Both the position numbers and the translations under genes were made by a program. The notes below the pieces were generated by a model. The model was not told the DNA's origin. It saw only the letters and a program-made list of their open reading frames with translations, and made no database searches. A stretch of 64,000 nucleotides of DNA from Alphaproteobacteria bacterium (GTDB lineage Bacteria > Pseudomonadota > Alphaproteobacteria > CAAGCB01 > CAG-977), in contig JAFYCE010000078.1 of assembly GCA_017539865.1 (NCBI GenBank), positions 27,419 to 91,418 on the forward strand. The letters run 5' to 3'. Of the stretch, positions 29,483 to 40,273 are shown one piece after another; position 1 is the first letter of the stretch, and every line of letters begins with the position of its first letter.

Positions 29483-29986
29483 ATGATTACTCTTCGCCCT
29501 TGTCAAAACAAAAAAGAAGACGCCCTGATTGCGTTTTCATGGCGGAACGATCCGAAAACGATTGCCTCCTCCTATATTGCTTTGCCTAAAAGCTGGGATT
29601 CGTTCTGGTTGGAATATAACGCCGGTTATTTTGAAAATCCGCCGTTCGATCCCGTTTTTGTCATGGAAGGAAATGAACCGGTCGGCTTTATCCGTTTTGA
29701 ACCGGCGGTATTGCAACAATATCCGGACAAAAAAATCATTGAAGTCATGATCAACATCGCCCCCTACCGGCGCGGCGAAGGTATCGGAACGGAAGCTTTG
29801 ATCGTTTTACAGCAAGAAATGAAAGCCAGAAACGTTTTTGCACTGATGGCGGATATCCGAAAAAACAATCGGGCTTCTTTAAGTACCTTTGAACACGCGG
29901 GCTTTTCTTTTTTTAGCGAAAGAACGGAATATATTGCCAAAACAAAAGAAAATTGCTGTATACTGTGTTATCTTTGCAAATTATAA
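29483..29986 (+). CDS. GNAT-family N-acetyltransferase
   Basis: Acetyl-CoA-binding block RRGEGIGTEAL and overall GNAT-fold spacing; 167 aa. Confidence 0.7.
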   Translation: MITLRPCQNKKEDALIAFSWRNDPKTIASSYIALPKSWDSFWLEYNAGYFENPPFDPVFVMEGNEPVGFIRFEPAVLQQYPDKKIIEVMINIAPYRRGEGIGTEALIVLQQEMKARNVFALMADIRKNNRASLSTFEHAGFSFFSERTEYIAKTKENCCILCYLCKL

Positions 29987-30006
29987 TTCACTGAAAAACG
30001 GAGTTA

Positions 30007-31134
30007 TTGATGACAAACATCCCTTATTTCATTCTGCTGGCTTGCGTGCTTGTCCTGAACATCTCCGTTTTGTACAGTTATTTTTTAGTCTGCGATATTA
30101 AAACGAATGAAACCGTACATAATGATTTGGCTCCTGTTATTTTAAAAAAAGCCTATTGTGTTCAAGCGTTGACTTTTCTTACCGGTTCGGCGGCTCTTTT
30201 TTATTTTTCCGATGACAAAATATGGTTCCGCATTTCAGGAATCGCTGTTTTTCCAACGTTGCTTCTTTTATTTTTTCTGTCCGGATATTTAAAAGGGAAA
30301 TCTAAAATTCTGACAGCTTTAAGTTTGATTACAGAATTAGCCGGCATGCTTCTTTTTACCTTCAACCTATCCGGTTTTTCCATATTCTCAAATTCTTCGC
30401 TGTCTGTCGCCGCCGTCAAAATCTCAGCCGGCTGCATTTGGTTTGTCGTATTTCAATTTTTCCGTTTATTATCCGCCCGTTTTGACAGTCTCATCGTCAT
30501 CCAATCCCTGCATATCGGTTTTTCTTCCCTTTTGGTTTTACTTCTTCTTCCGTTCACGCCGGTTCCATTGTTGCAGCTGTGTGGCATACTTTTACCGATC
30601 ATGCTGATGCTGGCACCGTTTTATTGTATTCTTCAAACGGTTTTGCCTTTAACCGAAAATATGCGCAATTTTTTCTGTCTGTTGCTGACAGGGTTGGCCT
30701 TTTTCACAATTCCCGCCGGCCACTGGGGCGTTGGCGTTTTAATGTCCGGCTATATCCTGTTTGAAATAGCGGTCGTCGTCATTCATTTCATGCTTAATTT
30801 GATAAAGAAAAAGAAAAAACCTTTATTTTTCCATGACAATCTTATGGAAAAAAACGCTTCCGCCGCTCACATTGTCGTTTATTACAATTTTTTGGCATCC
30901 GGACTGCTGTTTTTTGCCGTTTATATCAATCAATCGCTTCAAGTCATCATTTTAGCCGTTTTCATGTATTTTAAAATGTATTTAAATATCATGAGTCCGA
31001 AAACAGCCAATACGGGCATCATCGACCTTTTCAAAGAAGCCAAAAAAACGGCCGTGTCCAGCATTGAACAAACATCGCAGACAATTACCGATTTAAAACA
31101 GACGTTTTCGCCCAAACAAGGAAAAGACAAATGA
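30007..31134 (+). CDS. Hypothetical polytopic membrane protein
   Basis: Ten or more predicted TM segments, no recognisable motif, AT-rich codon usage. Confidence 0.45.
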   Translation: MMTNIPYFILLACVLVLNISVLYSYFLVCDIKTNETVHNDLAPVILKKAYCVQALTFLTGSAALFYFSDDKIWFRISGIAVFPTLLLLFFLSGYLKGKSKILTALSLITELAGMLLFTFNLSGFSIFSNSSLSVAAVKISAGCIWFVVFQFFRLLSARFDSLIVIQSLHIGFSSLLVLLLLPFTPVPLLQLCGILLPIMLMLAPFYCILQTVLPLTENMRNFFCLLLTGLAFFTIPAGHWGVGVLMSGYILFEIAVVVIHFMLNLIKKKKKPLFFHDNLMEKNASAAHIVVYYNFLASGLLFFAVYINQSLQVIILAVFMYFKMYLNIMSPKTANTGIIDLFKEAKKTAVSSIEQTSQTITDLKQTFSPKQGKDK

Positions 31135-32438
31135 GCGGATTTGATTTGTTGACCCGCCGTTTGGCCGTTAATATTTTTGACGCCGTGTACAAACACGGTA
31201 AAGGATTGGAAGAGGAATACTCTTTCCAAATGGAACGTCAGGAAAAGAGTAATCCTTTGGAAATCCGCGACAGGACCTTTGTCCGGTTGCTGACGACCGT
31301 AATGTTGCGGCGATTGGGACAGATCGACGATATTCTTTCACATTTTTTAAAAAAGCCCTTGCCTGAAAAAGCTTTTTACGTACAGAACGTCTTGAGGCTT
31401 GGAACGGCTCAGCTTGTTTTTCTGGACACGCCGCCGCATGCCGCCGTTTCGACAGGCGTTTCTTTGATTAAAAACAATCGAAAATACGCAGGATTTGCCG
31501 GATTGGCCAACGCCGTCCTGCGTCGAATCGCTCAGGATGGAAAAAAACTTGCCGAAAAGCAAAACGCGGCGAAACTGAATGTTCCCGACTGGCTGTTTGA
31601 AAAATGGCGGCGGGAATACGGAACGGAAACAGCGGAAAAAATAGCAAAAGCGGGGTTGCAGGAAGCCCCTTTGGATTTCAGCGTCAAATCCGATCCGGAA
31701 TTTTGGGCCGGACAGTTGGACGCCGTTATCATGCCGACGGGAACTTTACGCAGAGAAAAACAAGCTTCCGTTCCGCAATTAACCGGATATGAAGAAGGGA
31801 AATGGTGGATTCAAGACTTGTCAGCCGCCATGCCCGCGAAACTGTTTCATTCCTTGAAAGGCCGTACCGCCGTGGACTTATGCGCCGCCCCCGGTGGAAA
31901 AACGGCACAGATGATTACGGCGGGTGCCGACGTTACGGCGGTGGACATTTCGGAAAACAGAATCAAACGGCTGAAAGAAAATCTGAAAAGGCTGCATTTC
32001 GACGTTAAAACCGTTTGCGCCGACATTCAAAAATGGGAACAGGAGAAAAACCGGAAATTTGATATCGTTTTGCTGGATGCCCCCTGCTCGGCGACCGGAA
32101 CGTTGCGCCGTCATCCCGATGTCACCTGTCATCGTACCGCTCAGGATGTCGACAGATTAAGCAGCACTCAAAAACAACTGTTGAAAACGGCTGTCAACAT
32201 GATGAATGAGAACGGGGAAATGATTTACTGCGTTTGTTCCGTCCTGCCGGAAGAAGGACGGCAAATCATCGACGACGCCGTTAATTCGGGCTTGGTGGAA
32301 CGCGTTCCATTAGACAGCTCGGAAGTTCCTCCGGAAATGATTTCCAAAGAAGGCGATCTGTTGATTTTTCCGTTCTTTTACGAATCTGCGGGCGGCTGCG
32401 ACGGTTTTTTTGCCGCCCGATTGAAAAAAAGGAAGTAA
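31131..32438 (+). CDS. rsmB: 16S rRNA (cytosine967-C5)-methyltransferase RsmB/Sun
   Basis: N-terminal NusB-like domain plus a SAM methyltransferase (DLCAAPGGKT, VLLDAPCSATG, catalytic Cys in MIYCVCS). Confidence 0.85.
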   Translation: MSGFDLLTRRLAVNIFDAVYKHGKGLEEEYSFQMERQEKSNPLEIRDRTFVRLLTTVMLRRLGQIDDILSHFLKKPLPEKAFYVQNVLRLGTAQLVFLDTPPHAAVSTGVSLIKNNRKYAGFAGLANAVLRRIAQDGKKLAEKQNAAKLNVPDWLFEKWRREYGTETAEKIAKAGLQEAPLDFSVKSDPEFWAGQLDAVIMPTGTLRREKQASVPQLTGYEEGKWWIQDLSAAMPAKLFHSLKGRTAVDLCAAPGGKTAQMITAGADVTAVDISENRIKRLKENLKRLHFDVKTVCADIQKWEQEKNRKFDIVLLDAPCSATGTLRRHPDVTCHRTAQDVDRLSSTQKQLLKTAVNMMNENGEMIYCVCSVLPEEGRQIIDDAVNSGLVERVPLDSSEVPPEMISKEGDLLIFPFFYESAGGCDGFFAARLKKRK

Positions 32439-32442
32439 AAAA

Positions 32443-33081
32443 ATGAAAATGACCGTTTTTTATCCTTTTATGGAAGACCTTTTTTCAGAAAACACGCTTT
32501 CATTCATAGAAACAATTGCAGCGCTGCAAAAATCAAAAGCCATTGACGTTCTGATTACCGTGGATAAAGCGGGACGAACGGCGGACGCTTTGAAAAAAGC
32601 GCATCTTTCTTATGAGGAAACCGCCTTTTCCCATCCGGTCGGCGTTCGTGATTTTTATCTGACGGCGTTGTTCAAGCTGGTTCGTTCGGCGCTGCCTTCC
32701 TTTTTTTATTTTAAAGAACACAAAATCAATGTTATGCACTGTCCGGATGCTTTGTCTCTTTTGTGTTGGGGAAACACAGCCAAAATGAATCGCGTTCCTT
32801 TTGTGACTTCTCTTCAGGAAAGTGAAAAATTTTCCCATTACGCCCGTTTGATGTTGGCGGACAGCAGGAAACTGATTTGCCGGAACGAAGAGGTTCGCAA
32901 CGAATTGCCTTCCCGCTTTTCTTCAACGGCTTTGCTTTCCCCTCAAGCGCAAAATATTCCGGAAAACCTTCGACATGAAACGGCTGAAAAATACGCTGTT
33001 GATTTTTGGATTCAGCTGTATGCTTCACTATTTATTAAACCTGATTTGAGTAAAATCACCGGTATCTTGAATAAAAATTGA
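32443..33081 (+). CDS. Hypothetical protein
   Basis: 212 aa ORF downstream of rsmB with no confident domain assignment. Confidence 0.4.
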   Translation: MKMTVFYPFMEDLFSENTLSFIETIAALQKSKAIDVLITVDKAGRTADALKKAHLSYEETAFSHPVGVRDFYLTALFKLVRSALPSFFYFKEHKINVMHCPDALSLLCWGNTAKMNRVPFVTSLQESEKFSHYARLMLADSRKLICRNEEVRNELPSRFSSTALLSPQAQNIPENLRHETAEKYAVDFWIQLYASLFIKPDLSKITGILNKN

Positions 33082-33096
33082 AAGGATGGATAACGA

Positions 33097-33630
33097 ATGA
33101 AAAAACTTTTTCTTCTTTTTTTAATGCTGTTTTCCGTTCCCTGTGCGGCACAAAATCTGATTGACGCCAAAAAAGTTCAGCATATCGGCGTTTTCGACGA
33201 TTGGAACGCGTATATCTTCAATGATAAAAAAGACAAAGTCTGTTTCGTATCCTCCATGCCGTTGAAATCAACAGGGGAATATACCCGCCGCGGCGACGTT
33301 TTTTTAATGGTATCGCACCGTCCGAATGAAAAACTGTTTGACGTTTTGACACTGGTTGCCGGCTATACTTACATGCCCAGATCGGAAGTTCAATTCCGCG
33401 TAGGAAATGTCAAGGCTTCTTTATTCACCAGCGAAGACACCGCTTGGTCAAAAAATCTGAAAACCGACGATGAGATCGCCAAAGCGATGAACAAAGCCGT
33501 TCGCGTTACCGCAAAAGGATTGACGATTGAAGGTGTGGAAACTTATGATGTCTTTTCAACAAAAGGGTTTAACAACGCGATGGAAGCCATCAACCGTCTG
33601 TGCCGCCAGCCTGCCGGTTTTAATGAATAG
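33097..33630 (+). CDS. Secreted protein, possibly of the invasion-associated locus B (IalB) family
   Basis: Signal peptide MKKLFLLFLMLFSVPCAAQ. About 160 aa mature protein with a DDWNAY...C pattern and a C-terminal Cys. Size and context are typical of alphaproteobacterial IalB-like proteins, but the assignment is tentative. Confidence 0.35.
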   Translation: MKKLFLLFLMLFSVPCAAQNLIDAKKVQHIGVFDDWNAYIFNDKKDKVCFVSSMPLKSTGEYTRRGDVFLMVSHRPNEKLFDVLTLVAGYTYMPRSEVQFRVGNVKASLFTSEDTAWSKNLKTDDEIAKAMNKAVRVTAKGLTIEGVETYDVFSTKGFNNAMEAINRLCRQPAGFNE

Positions 33631-33702
33631 CTTTTTCGCTTTGTATCTCAAATCGCAAAGTGTTATGCTTTTTTCAGTTCGTTCTTTCAGAGGTCATAAA
33701 AT

Positions 33703-34158
33703 ATGAGCATGGAAATACCCGTTAACGATCCCGTCCGTCAGGAATTTATCGATATGTACGAAGAAACGTTAATCGATTTGATGGAAAAATCAGATGAAAG
33801 CTCCTTATCCGAAGACGATGAACGGACATTACGTATCAACGCCATGGTCGACACGGCTTTGCGTGTTCGTAAAGACCTTGATCCTCTTTTGGCCAACAAG
33901 TTGAAATCCCTTGAAAATCTAAAAGATTACAAACAGATTCTGTTAACGGAATTCCGGCTTTTCGGCAATATTCCCAAGGCTTCCGTTGCACGTATTTTTG
34001 CGGAATATTTACTGCTGTCCCTCTTAAACGAATTTGAAATTGATGACAGAATCGACTTTGATGTTTTCGGAAACGAGCTTAATAAAGCCTTTTCCGAAAT
34101 GACCGACGATTATAAAGATTTGCGCCGGATTTTCCCATGGGGACGGCTGGTGGACTAA
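33703..34158 (+). CDS. Hypothetical acidic protein
   Basis: 151 aa ORF with no recognisable motifs. Confidence 0.4.
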   Translation: MSMEIPVNDPVRQEFIDMYEETLIDLMEKSDESSLSEDDERTLRINAMVDTALRVRKDLDPLLANKLKSLENLKDYKQILLTEFRLFGNIPKASVARIFAEYLLLSLLNEFEIDDRIDFDVFGNELNKAFSEMTDDYKDLRRIFPWGRLVD

Positions 34159-34919
34159 TCCCCTTTTTTCGGCAGCTTTGTCAAAACGAATTCGGCAAGG
34201 CACGCCGGCAAACAGGAAACAAGCCATGCACTGAAAGCCAACAAGGGCGGGAATGTGATTCGCCCTTTATTTTTTCTCAAACCTTCGCCAATGATAGCGG
34301 CCGCCTTATCCGCCGGCATCAAAAACGGCATCGGGAATTTATTTTTTGCCGTGATACGGGAAACAACAAACCCCGGACAAATGACATTCACTTCAATACC
34401 GTAAGGTTTTATATATCCGCGCAAAGCTTCCCCCCACGCCCGAACGGCATTTTTAGAACCTGAATAAGCCGGCGCCGAAGGCAACCCTCTGTATCCCGCC
34501 AACGAACTCAACATGGCGACTTGTCCCGTATGGCGCGGGCTCATTTTTTCCAATGCCGGCAAAACGGTATTTAAAACGCCGCCAACGTTAACGGCAAAAA
34601 TCTTGCGTGTCGTTTCGCTGGATTCGCCGTTTTTCCCCGGACCGGCGGAAACACCGGCATTGGCGATAACCAAATCCAGTTCGGCGATCTGATCGCACCG
34701 GCTGATCCAATTTTCCATAGCGACCGTATCCGTTACATCTATCTTTTCGGCAAAGACCTCCGCCCTTTTTTCACGGCAGCGGCGCGCGACATCTTTCAAA
34801 CGGGTTATATTTTGCCCGCAAAGAAACAACGTCACATTTTTTTCAGCATAATACAAAGCCAAAGCCTCGCCGATGCCGCTGGAAGCTCCCGTAATTAAAA
34901 TATGTTGCGGATTTTGCAT
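34155..34919 (-). CDS. Short-chain dehydrogenase/reductase (SDR) family oxidoreductase
   Basis: TGASSGIG Rossmann motif, NAG, and the catalytic S...YSGSK triad. Confidence 0.88.
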   Translation of the reverse strand: MQNPQHILITGASSGIGEALALYYAEKNVTLFLCGQNITRLKDVARRCREKRAEVFAEKIDVTDTVAMENWISRCDQIAELDLVIANAGVSAGPGKNGESSETTRKIFAVNVGGVLNTVLPALEKMSPRHTGQVAMLSSLAGYRGLPSAPAYSGSKNAVRAWGEALRGYIKPYGIEVNVICPGFVVSRITAKNKFPMPFLMPADKAAAIIGEGLRKNKGRITFPPLLAFSAWLVSCLPACLAEFVLTKLPKKGD

Positions 34920-34991
34920 TTTTAAATTCCCGTTTTGATTCGTTTTATGTAAGGTAATGCAAACGGTTTCATAAATAAAGAGGCTTTAGCA

Positions 34992-35864
34992 ATGGAAAGT
35001 ATGACAGGTTTCGGCTCCTGTTCGGAACAAAACGGATGTTCATGGACATGGACGTTACGCAGCGTCAACGCCAAAGGATTGGATATCCGCTGCCGCTATC
35101 CGCAGGGATATGAAGAATTGGAGCAAAAAATACGGGATTGTCTGCGATCTTTTTTTACACGGGGCAGTCTTTCGGTTTCGTTGGATATCACGGTTGATCC
35201 GGCAAATCAAAAGCCTAAAATCAACTATGCTTTTTTAGAAGAGCTGTGCGCCTTATCCCAACAGCTGCAACAAAAATTTCCGAACCTTCGACCGGCGGGA
35301 ATCGACGGTTTGATAAATGTGCCGGGGGTCGCGGAATTAAATGCGGAAACAGCGGAAGACCGTTCGGAAATGACGGCTCTGTTTCTTTCTTCACTGGAAA
35401 AAGCCGCGGAATCTTTAAAAAAGTCACGCTTGGCGGAAGGAGCTAAAATCGCAATTTGTCTGAACGAACAGGTCGACCGTATCGAACAGCTGGTCATCGC
35501 CGCCAAAAATCACGCGGCCGCCCAACCTCAGCACATCAAAGAAAAATTAAAAGAGGGTTTGGCGTTGCTTAAAGAGGAAAAAGACCTGACCGAAGATCGC
35601 TTTATGCAAGAAGTCACCGCCTGCATGATGCGCGCGGACGTACGCGAGGAACTGGATCGCTTGGCGGCACATGTTCATACGGCGCGCGAACTGTTTGCGG
35701 AAAAAGGCTCTATCGGTCGGAAATTGGATTTTTTGTGTCAGGAATTCAATCGGGAAGCAAACACTCTTTGTTCCAAATCCATGGACATTGAACTGACACG
35801 TACGGGTATGGCTTTAAAAACCGTTATCGATCAGCTCAGAGAACAAATTCAAAATATCGAATAG
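34992..35864 (+). CDS. yicC: YicC-family stress-induced protein
   Basis: SMTGFG start comparable to E. coli YicC MIRSMTAY; W.W..RSVN...L; conserved adjacency to gmk. Confidence 0.8.
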   Translation: MESMTGFGSCSEQNGCSWTWTLRSVNAKGLDIRCRYPQGYEELEQKIRDCLRSFFTRGSLSVSLDITVDPANQKPKINYAFLEELCALSQQLQQKFPNLRPAGIDGLINVPGVAELNAETAEDRSEMTALFLSSLEKAAESLKKSRLAEGAKIAICLNEQVDRIEQLVIAAKNHAAAQPQHIKEKLKEGLALLKEEKDLTEDRFMQEVTACMMRADVREELDRLAAHVHTARELFAEKGSIGRKLDFLCQEFNREANTLCSKSMDIELTRTGMALKTVIDQLREQIQNIE

Positions 35865-35877
35865 GAGATTTTTCATC

Positions 35878-36516
35878 ATGTCAAACACAATCAAACGCAG
35901 AGGCTTCATGCTGGTTTTATCATCTCCGTCCGGAGCGGGAAAAACAGCGATAGCCCGTCGTATTCTGGAAACCGAAGAAAATATGTCGCTTTCCGTTTCC
36001 GTCACAACACGCCCCCCCCGCCCCGGAGAAATCAACGGCAAAGACTATTTTTTCGTTGATATGCCGGCTTTCGAAGGCATGGTTCAACGCAACGAATTTT
36101 TGGAACATGCGAAATTTTGCAACAACTGCTACGGTACGCCGCGGGAACCTGTTCGTAAAGCTTTGGAAGAAGGAAAAGACATCTTATTCGACATTGAATG
36201 GCAGGGAACCCAGCAAATTGCGGAAAACGCGCGGGAAGATTTGGTCAGCATCTTCATCCTGCCGCCGTCCATGGCGGAATTGGAACGGCGTTTGTTCTCC
36301 CGCGCACAGGATTCCGAAGAAGTCGTACATCAGCGTATGGCGACCGCTGCCGCTGAAATGAGTCACTGGAACGAATACGATTACGTCATCGTCAACATCG
36401 ACTTTGAAGAAAGCGTTAAAAACGTCCGTTCCATCATTCAAGCCGAACGTCTTAAACGCCAACGTCAAAGCGGATTGGCCGGCTTTGTCAACGGTATGCG
36501 CTCACAGACTGCATAA
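35878..36516 (+). CDS. gmk: Guanylate kinase
   Basis: P-loop SSPSGAGKT, plus F.VS.TTR..R.GE..G.DY.F. Confidence 0.92.
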   Translation: MSNTIKRRGFMLVLSSPSGAGKTAIARRILETEENMSLSVSVTTRPPRPGEINGKDYFFVDMPAFEGMVQRNEFLEHAKFCNNCYGTPREPVRKALEEGKDILFDIEWQGTQQIAENAREDLVSIFILPPSMAELERRLFSRAQDSEEVVHQRMATAAAEMSHWNEYDYVIVNIDFEESVKNVRSIIQAERLKRQRQSGLAGFVNGMRSQTA

Positions 36517-36583
36517 TCCGAAAAGCTTTTTATAAAATTAAAGGTCGTTTTCGCTTTTCAAACGGAAACGGCCTTTTAAATTA

Positions 36584-38920
36584 TCATCCCTGTCCGGAAG
36601 GTTTGGGCGGAACGGGAGCCTCTCCCTGATGCAAGGCTTTGGGAATTTTAACACGTACGACACCCGGCATTTTCGGAACTTTAATCATTCCGGGCGGCAT
36701 TTTAATGGGAACTTTCTTTAAAACGGGAACTTTGACGACCGGTACTTTGACAGCCGGAACAGAAAAAGCGCTTTCCTCTTCATCAGGTTGTTTAACGACC
36801 GTCGGCGGAATCGGTTCCTGAAATTTTTCTTCGACAACAGCGGCGGACGGTTCCGGTTCGAAAGTTTCATTTTCCTCCGGAAGGATTTCTTCCTGTCCGT
36901 CTTCAATCCCTTCCCCGGCCGTTTCCTGTTCCGGAATTTCAAATCCGTTTTCCGGAGCCGGATAAATTTCTTCTTCTTCCGTCGGCAGCTCCTCTTCTTC
37001 CAAAGGCGTTTCTTCCTGTGATTCTTCAACAGGATGATATTCTTCTTCAGGTTCATCGGGCGGCAGTTCTTCCTCCGCTTCCTCTTCCAAAAGCAATTCA
37101 TTTTCGACTATTGGCGGCGGAACGGGTTTGTTTGCCGGAACAAAGCCGGAATCGTCATCATCCGATTCATACAAAGAATTTAATGAAACGCCTTGCTGCG
37201 AAGATTGAATTTCATCCTCGTCATCATCCAGATATTCCTCATCATCAGCCGTATCGCCGCTTAATCCGACAACACCGGTTTCCTCCGGTTCATCGGATTG
37301 GTTTCTGATAACCGGCGCGGAAGTCGGTTTGAAGTAATACAACGGTTCGGCTTTGACTTTTTCTATATCCTCACCTTCCGGCCGCGGCAGATTCTTGTTC
37401 GGTCCCGTTTCTTCATAAACAACGACCTGATTTCTGCCGTTTTCTTTTGCAACATACAAAGATTCATCCGCCATCTTCAACATTTCCGGAATATCGTCCG
37501 TCACCGTTGAAGACACCAATCCGATACTGACCGTAAACTGAACGTCTTCATCCTGTTCGTTTTTCACGACGAGCTTGGAAATCTTTATTCTTAAACGTTC
37601 CGCCACGCGGAAAGCGTTTTCGATTGTCGATTCGGGCAGCAGAATGACGAATTCCTCTCCGCCGAAACGCGCCACGATATCGGATTCACGCAGCGTACGA
37701 CGGCAACAATCCGCCAATGCCTGCAGCACCAAGTCGCCGACGGCGTGTCCATGCGTATCGTTGACGTTTTTAAAGTGGTCGGCATCAATCATAAACAAAC
37801 AGAACGGATGATTATAACGACGGGAACGCTGGATTTCCTTCTTGGCCAACTCGTCAAACTGGCGGCGGTTATAGCATTTTGTCAGCGGATCGCGGGTCGC
37901 CTGATCAAACAGCTGCAATTCTTTTTTCTTACGATCGGTAATGTCTTGGAAAGCCATATACAACGCGATTTCATATTCAAAGTCGATAACGCGCGCCGAC
38001 AACAGCAACCAGAACGGATCGCCTTTGCGCGGTTTGACCAGAAATTCGAAATCGTCAACGACCGGATGTTTTTCCAGCTTAGCCAACAATTCCGTCCTTT
38101 TTTCCGGTTCCGCAAAGTAATCCACCGTTTTGAAATTCCCCGGATGTTTGACATCCAAACCGAACAATGCGCCGGCTTTGTTGTTAATCAACATCAGCTG
38201 ATCGTCTTTCAATCGGGAAATGATGATCGGGAACGGCGACATTTGAATCATCAAACGCAGACGGTCTTTACTTTCTTGAGCTTCCTGTTCCAGCGTATCG
38301 AATTGCTGCGCCATCAAATTGTTGGAAATCAAAATCCATCCGCACATAATGGCAATATACAAGAACGTTTCAAAAGCTGGCGAAATCAGATTTTGTCCCC
38401 AAGACATCAAAGTCAGTAAATTATATAACGCCAAAAAAACGCTGAACCATCCCGTAACGACAAATCCGACAGAATTGCGCAACCCTTTTCTGCGCCACAG
38501 GGAAGCGGCTAAAAAAGCATATCCGACAACCGATGCCATTAAAGAAAACGTCAAAGAATTTCCGTCACGCGTAACAATGACGACATACCAACTCCACACA
38601 CCGGCCAAAAGAGCGGAAAAAATAATGACCGTCCGGCTGAAAAGCTTGCTTCCTTTGATACTGGCGGCACCGGCCGTTAATAAAACGGCCGACCATAATT
38701 TCAGCATCAGGCAAATGAAATAATAATATTCCGCCGACATAAAGCGGGAAGCGAACAGCAATACCTTTGTTAAAAAGAGACAGACAAACCCCCAAAAAAT
38801 CAATTGAACGGCTTTTGAAAAATCAGCCATTCCCTTTAAATATTGTAAGGCCGTTAAAACGCCCACCAAACTGAGCATCATCGGTATAAGGCCGACTGTT
38901 GAATCAAGCGAGGTTTCCAT
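36584..38920 (-). CDS. Membrane-anchored PAS-GGDEF diguanylate cyclase with a roughly 280 aa acidic/proline-rich, KVP-repeat C-terminal tail
   Basis: N-terminal roughly 200 aa contain multiple TM segments, followed by a PAS-like region and GGDEF (RFGGEEFVILLPE). The C-terminus is extremely acidic (runs of E and D) and ends in VKVPVVKVPVLKKVPIKMPPGMIKVPKMPGVVRVKIP. Confidence 0.8.
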   Translation of the reverse strand: METSLDSTVGLIPMMLSLVGVLTALQYLKGMADFSKAVQLIFWGFVCLFLTKVLLFASRFMSAEYYYFICLMLKLWSAVLLTAGAASIKGSKLFSRTVIIFSALLAGVWSWYVVIVTRDGNSLTFSLMASVVGYAFLAASLWRRKGLRNSVGFVVTGWFSVFLALYNLLTLMSWGQNLISPAFETFLYIAIMCGWILISNNLMAQQFDTLEQEAQESKDRLRLMIQMSPFPIIISRLKDDQLMLINNKAGALFGLDVKHPGNFKTVDYFAEPEKRTELLAKLEKHPVVDDFEFLVKPRKGDPFWLLLSARVIDFEYEIALYMAFQDITDRKKKELQLFDQATRDPLTKCYNRRQFDELAKKEIQRSRRYNHPFCLFMIDADHFKNVNDTHGHAVGDLVLQALADCCRRTLRESDIVARFGGEEFVILLPESTIENAFRVAERLRIKISKLVVKNEQDEDVQFTVSIGLVSSTVTDDIPEMLKMADESLYVAKENGRNQVVVYEETGPNKNLPRPEGEDIEKVKAEPLYYFKPTSAPVIRNQSDEPEETGVVGLSGDTADDEEYLDDDEDEIQSSQQGVSLNSLYESDDDDSGFVPANKPVPPPIVENELLLEEEAEEELPPDEPEEEYHPVEESQEETPLEEEELPTEEEEIYPAPENGFEIPEQETAGEGIEDGQEEILPEENETFEPEPSAAVVEEKFQEPIPPTVVKQPDEEESAFSVPAVKVPVVKVPVLKKVPIKMPPGMIKVPKMPGVVRVKIPKALHQGEAPVPPKPSGQG

Positions 38921-39016
38921 CTGTTATCCAAAAAATATTCTTTTCCTTATTTATTTATAGTATATTGCTCTTGCGGAGCAAAGCTGAATTTGTCATAACA
39001 GAAAAAAAACATCATT

Positions 39017-40273
39017 TTGAGGACGGGTATGCTGCAAAAAGAATTGTTGGAAAATAGCGATTTGGACGAGTTGGAAGGGTTATCTGTCAATGAAGAAAAA
39101 ATCGAAACCAGACGGTTACGGCCATTGGCTTCCTTTTTGGATTTTGACGTTTCCCGCCGGCCGACACAAGCGAAAGACCGTGTTTCAAAAAGAAAGGTTT
39201 ATACGGGAATTGCTTTGGGAATCACTCTGATCGCTTTGGGATTCCTTGGTAATTTCGGCACGATCGACAATTCTTTGTTTGCCGGAAAAGATTCCCCCCT
39301 TCCCTCCGAAAGCGCAAATGTTTTTTCCGCTTCATGGCTGTTTGTCGGATTGGGGCTTTTTCTGATTGCAACCCGTCTTTCATTAATGCTTTACGGTCGC
39401 GATTTTTTCATCGGTCACAAATTTGCCGCCGTCGTTATTCAAAAACCGTTTGAACAAAGCCAAAGAATGGCGGATTCCCTGACCGAATATATCGGCGTGC
39501 GTTACAGAACGCGCATTGTCAATGTCTTGGGGCTGACCTCTTTCACCCAGCACATTATTGATCTGCAACATCCGAACGAAACCAAAACCATCCCGCTTTA
39601 CATTACTAAAAACGGCGAAAATATCTCTAAAAAATGGGAAGAACTGGCGCGTCAAATGCAAAAACCCGCCATTTTCAACACAGCGGACGGCATTATTGAA
39701 ATCGAACCGCAGGACATTCAAAAAACTTTGCCGGATATGATTTCGGAAGGAAAAATATCTGTTTCCGATCGCAATCTATACAAAATTCCGCGTTCTTTTA
39801 AAATCATAGAAGATGCTGAAAGTTGCCAAATCGATCCGCAAATACGTGATAGTGCCTTTTCCTTATCTTCGGGTATTATATGTTTCAGTCTGTTTTTCGG
39901 CATTCTGTTTTTAAGCTTTGTCCTGCATCTGCCCTTTTCTTATTTTCCGATTTTGCTTGTAGGATCGGTTTTCTTTATCATTGTACCGGCAGCGCTCTTT
40001 TTCAGACGAAAAAGAGTGATTATTTCCGCACAGGGAATCAGGATCAAATCAAAATGGTTGTTTTTTCCGTCGATCGGATTTCTTATCAAGCCCGAGCAGC
40101 TGGAATACAACTACGTCATTCATAACAGCTATGATTTCAAATATACTCTTGTGCTTGGCGCAGACGGTCAGACAACGCATATCGGTCGCGGCTTGCCGAA
40201 AGAGGATCTGGATTGGCTCCGGAACTTCATCAATGCGCAAATCAAACACTTTATGTGTGATAAAAAGAATTAA
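39017..40273 (+). CDS. Hypothetical membrane protein
   Basis: 418 aa with several TM segments and no known domain. Confidence 0.45.
   Translation: MRTGMLQKELLENSDLDELEGLSVNEEKIETRRLRPLASFLDFDVSRRPTQAKDRVSKRKVYTGIALGITLIALGFLGNFGTIDNSLFAGKDSPLPSESANVFSASWLFVGLGLFLIATRLSLMLYGRDFFIGHKFAAVVIQKPFEQSQRMADSLTEYIGVRYRTRIVNVLGLTSFTQHIIDLQHPNETKTIPLYITKNGENISKKWEELARQMQKPAIFNTADGIIEIEPQDIQKTLPDMISEGKISVSDRNLYKIPRSFKIIEDAESCQIDPQIRDSAFSLSSGIICFSLFFGILFLSFVLHLPFSYFPILLVGSVFFIIVPAALFFRRKRVIISAQGIRIKSKWLFFPSIGFLIKPEQLEYNYVIHNSYDFKYTLVLGADGQTTHIGRGLPKEDLDWLRNFINAQIKHFMCDKKN

Noticed and set aside
33097-33630. Possibility that the small secreted protein is a lipoprotein or a copper chaperone
   Set aside because: There is no lipobox Cys directly after the signal peptide (…SVPCAAQ is ambiguous) and no CxxC metal motif. 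The tentative IalB-like call is kept at low confidence.
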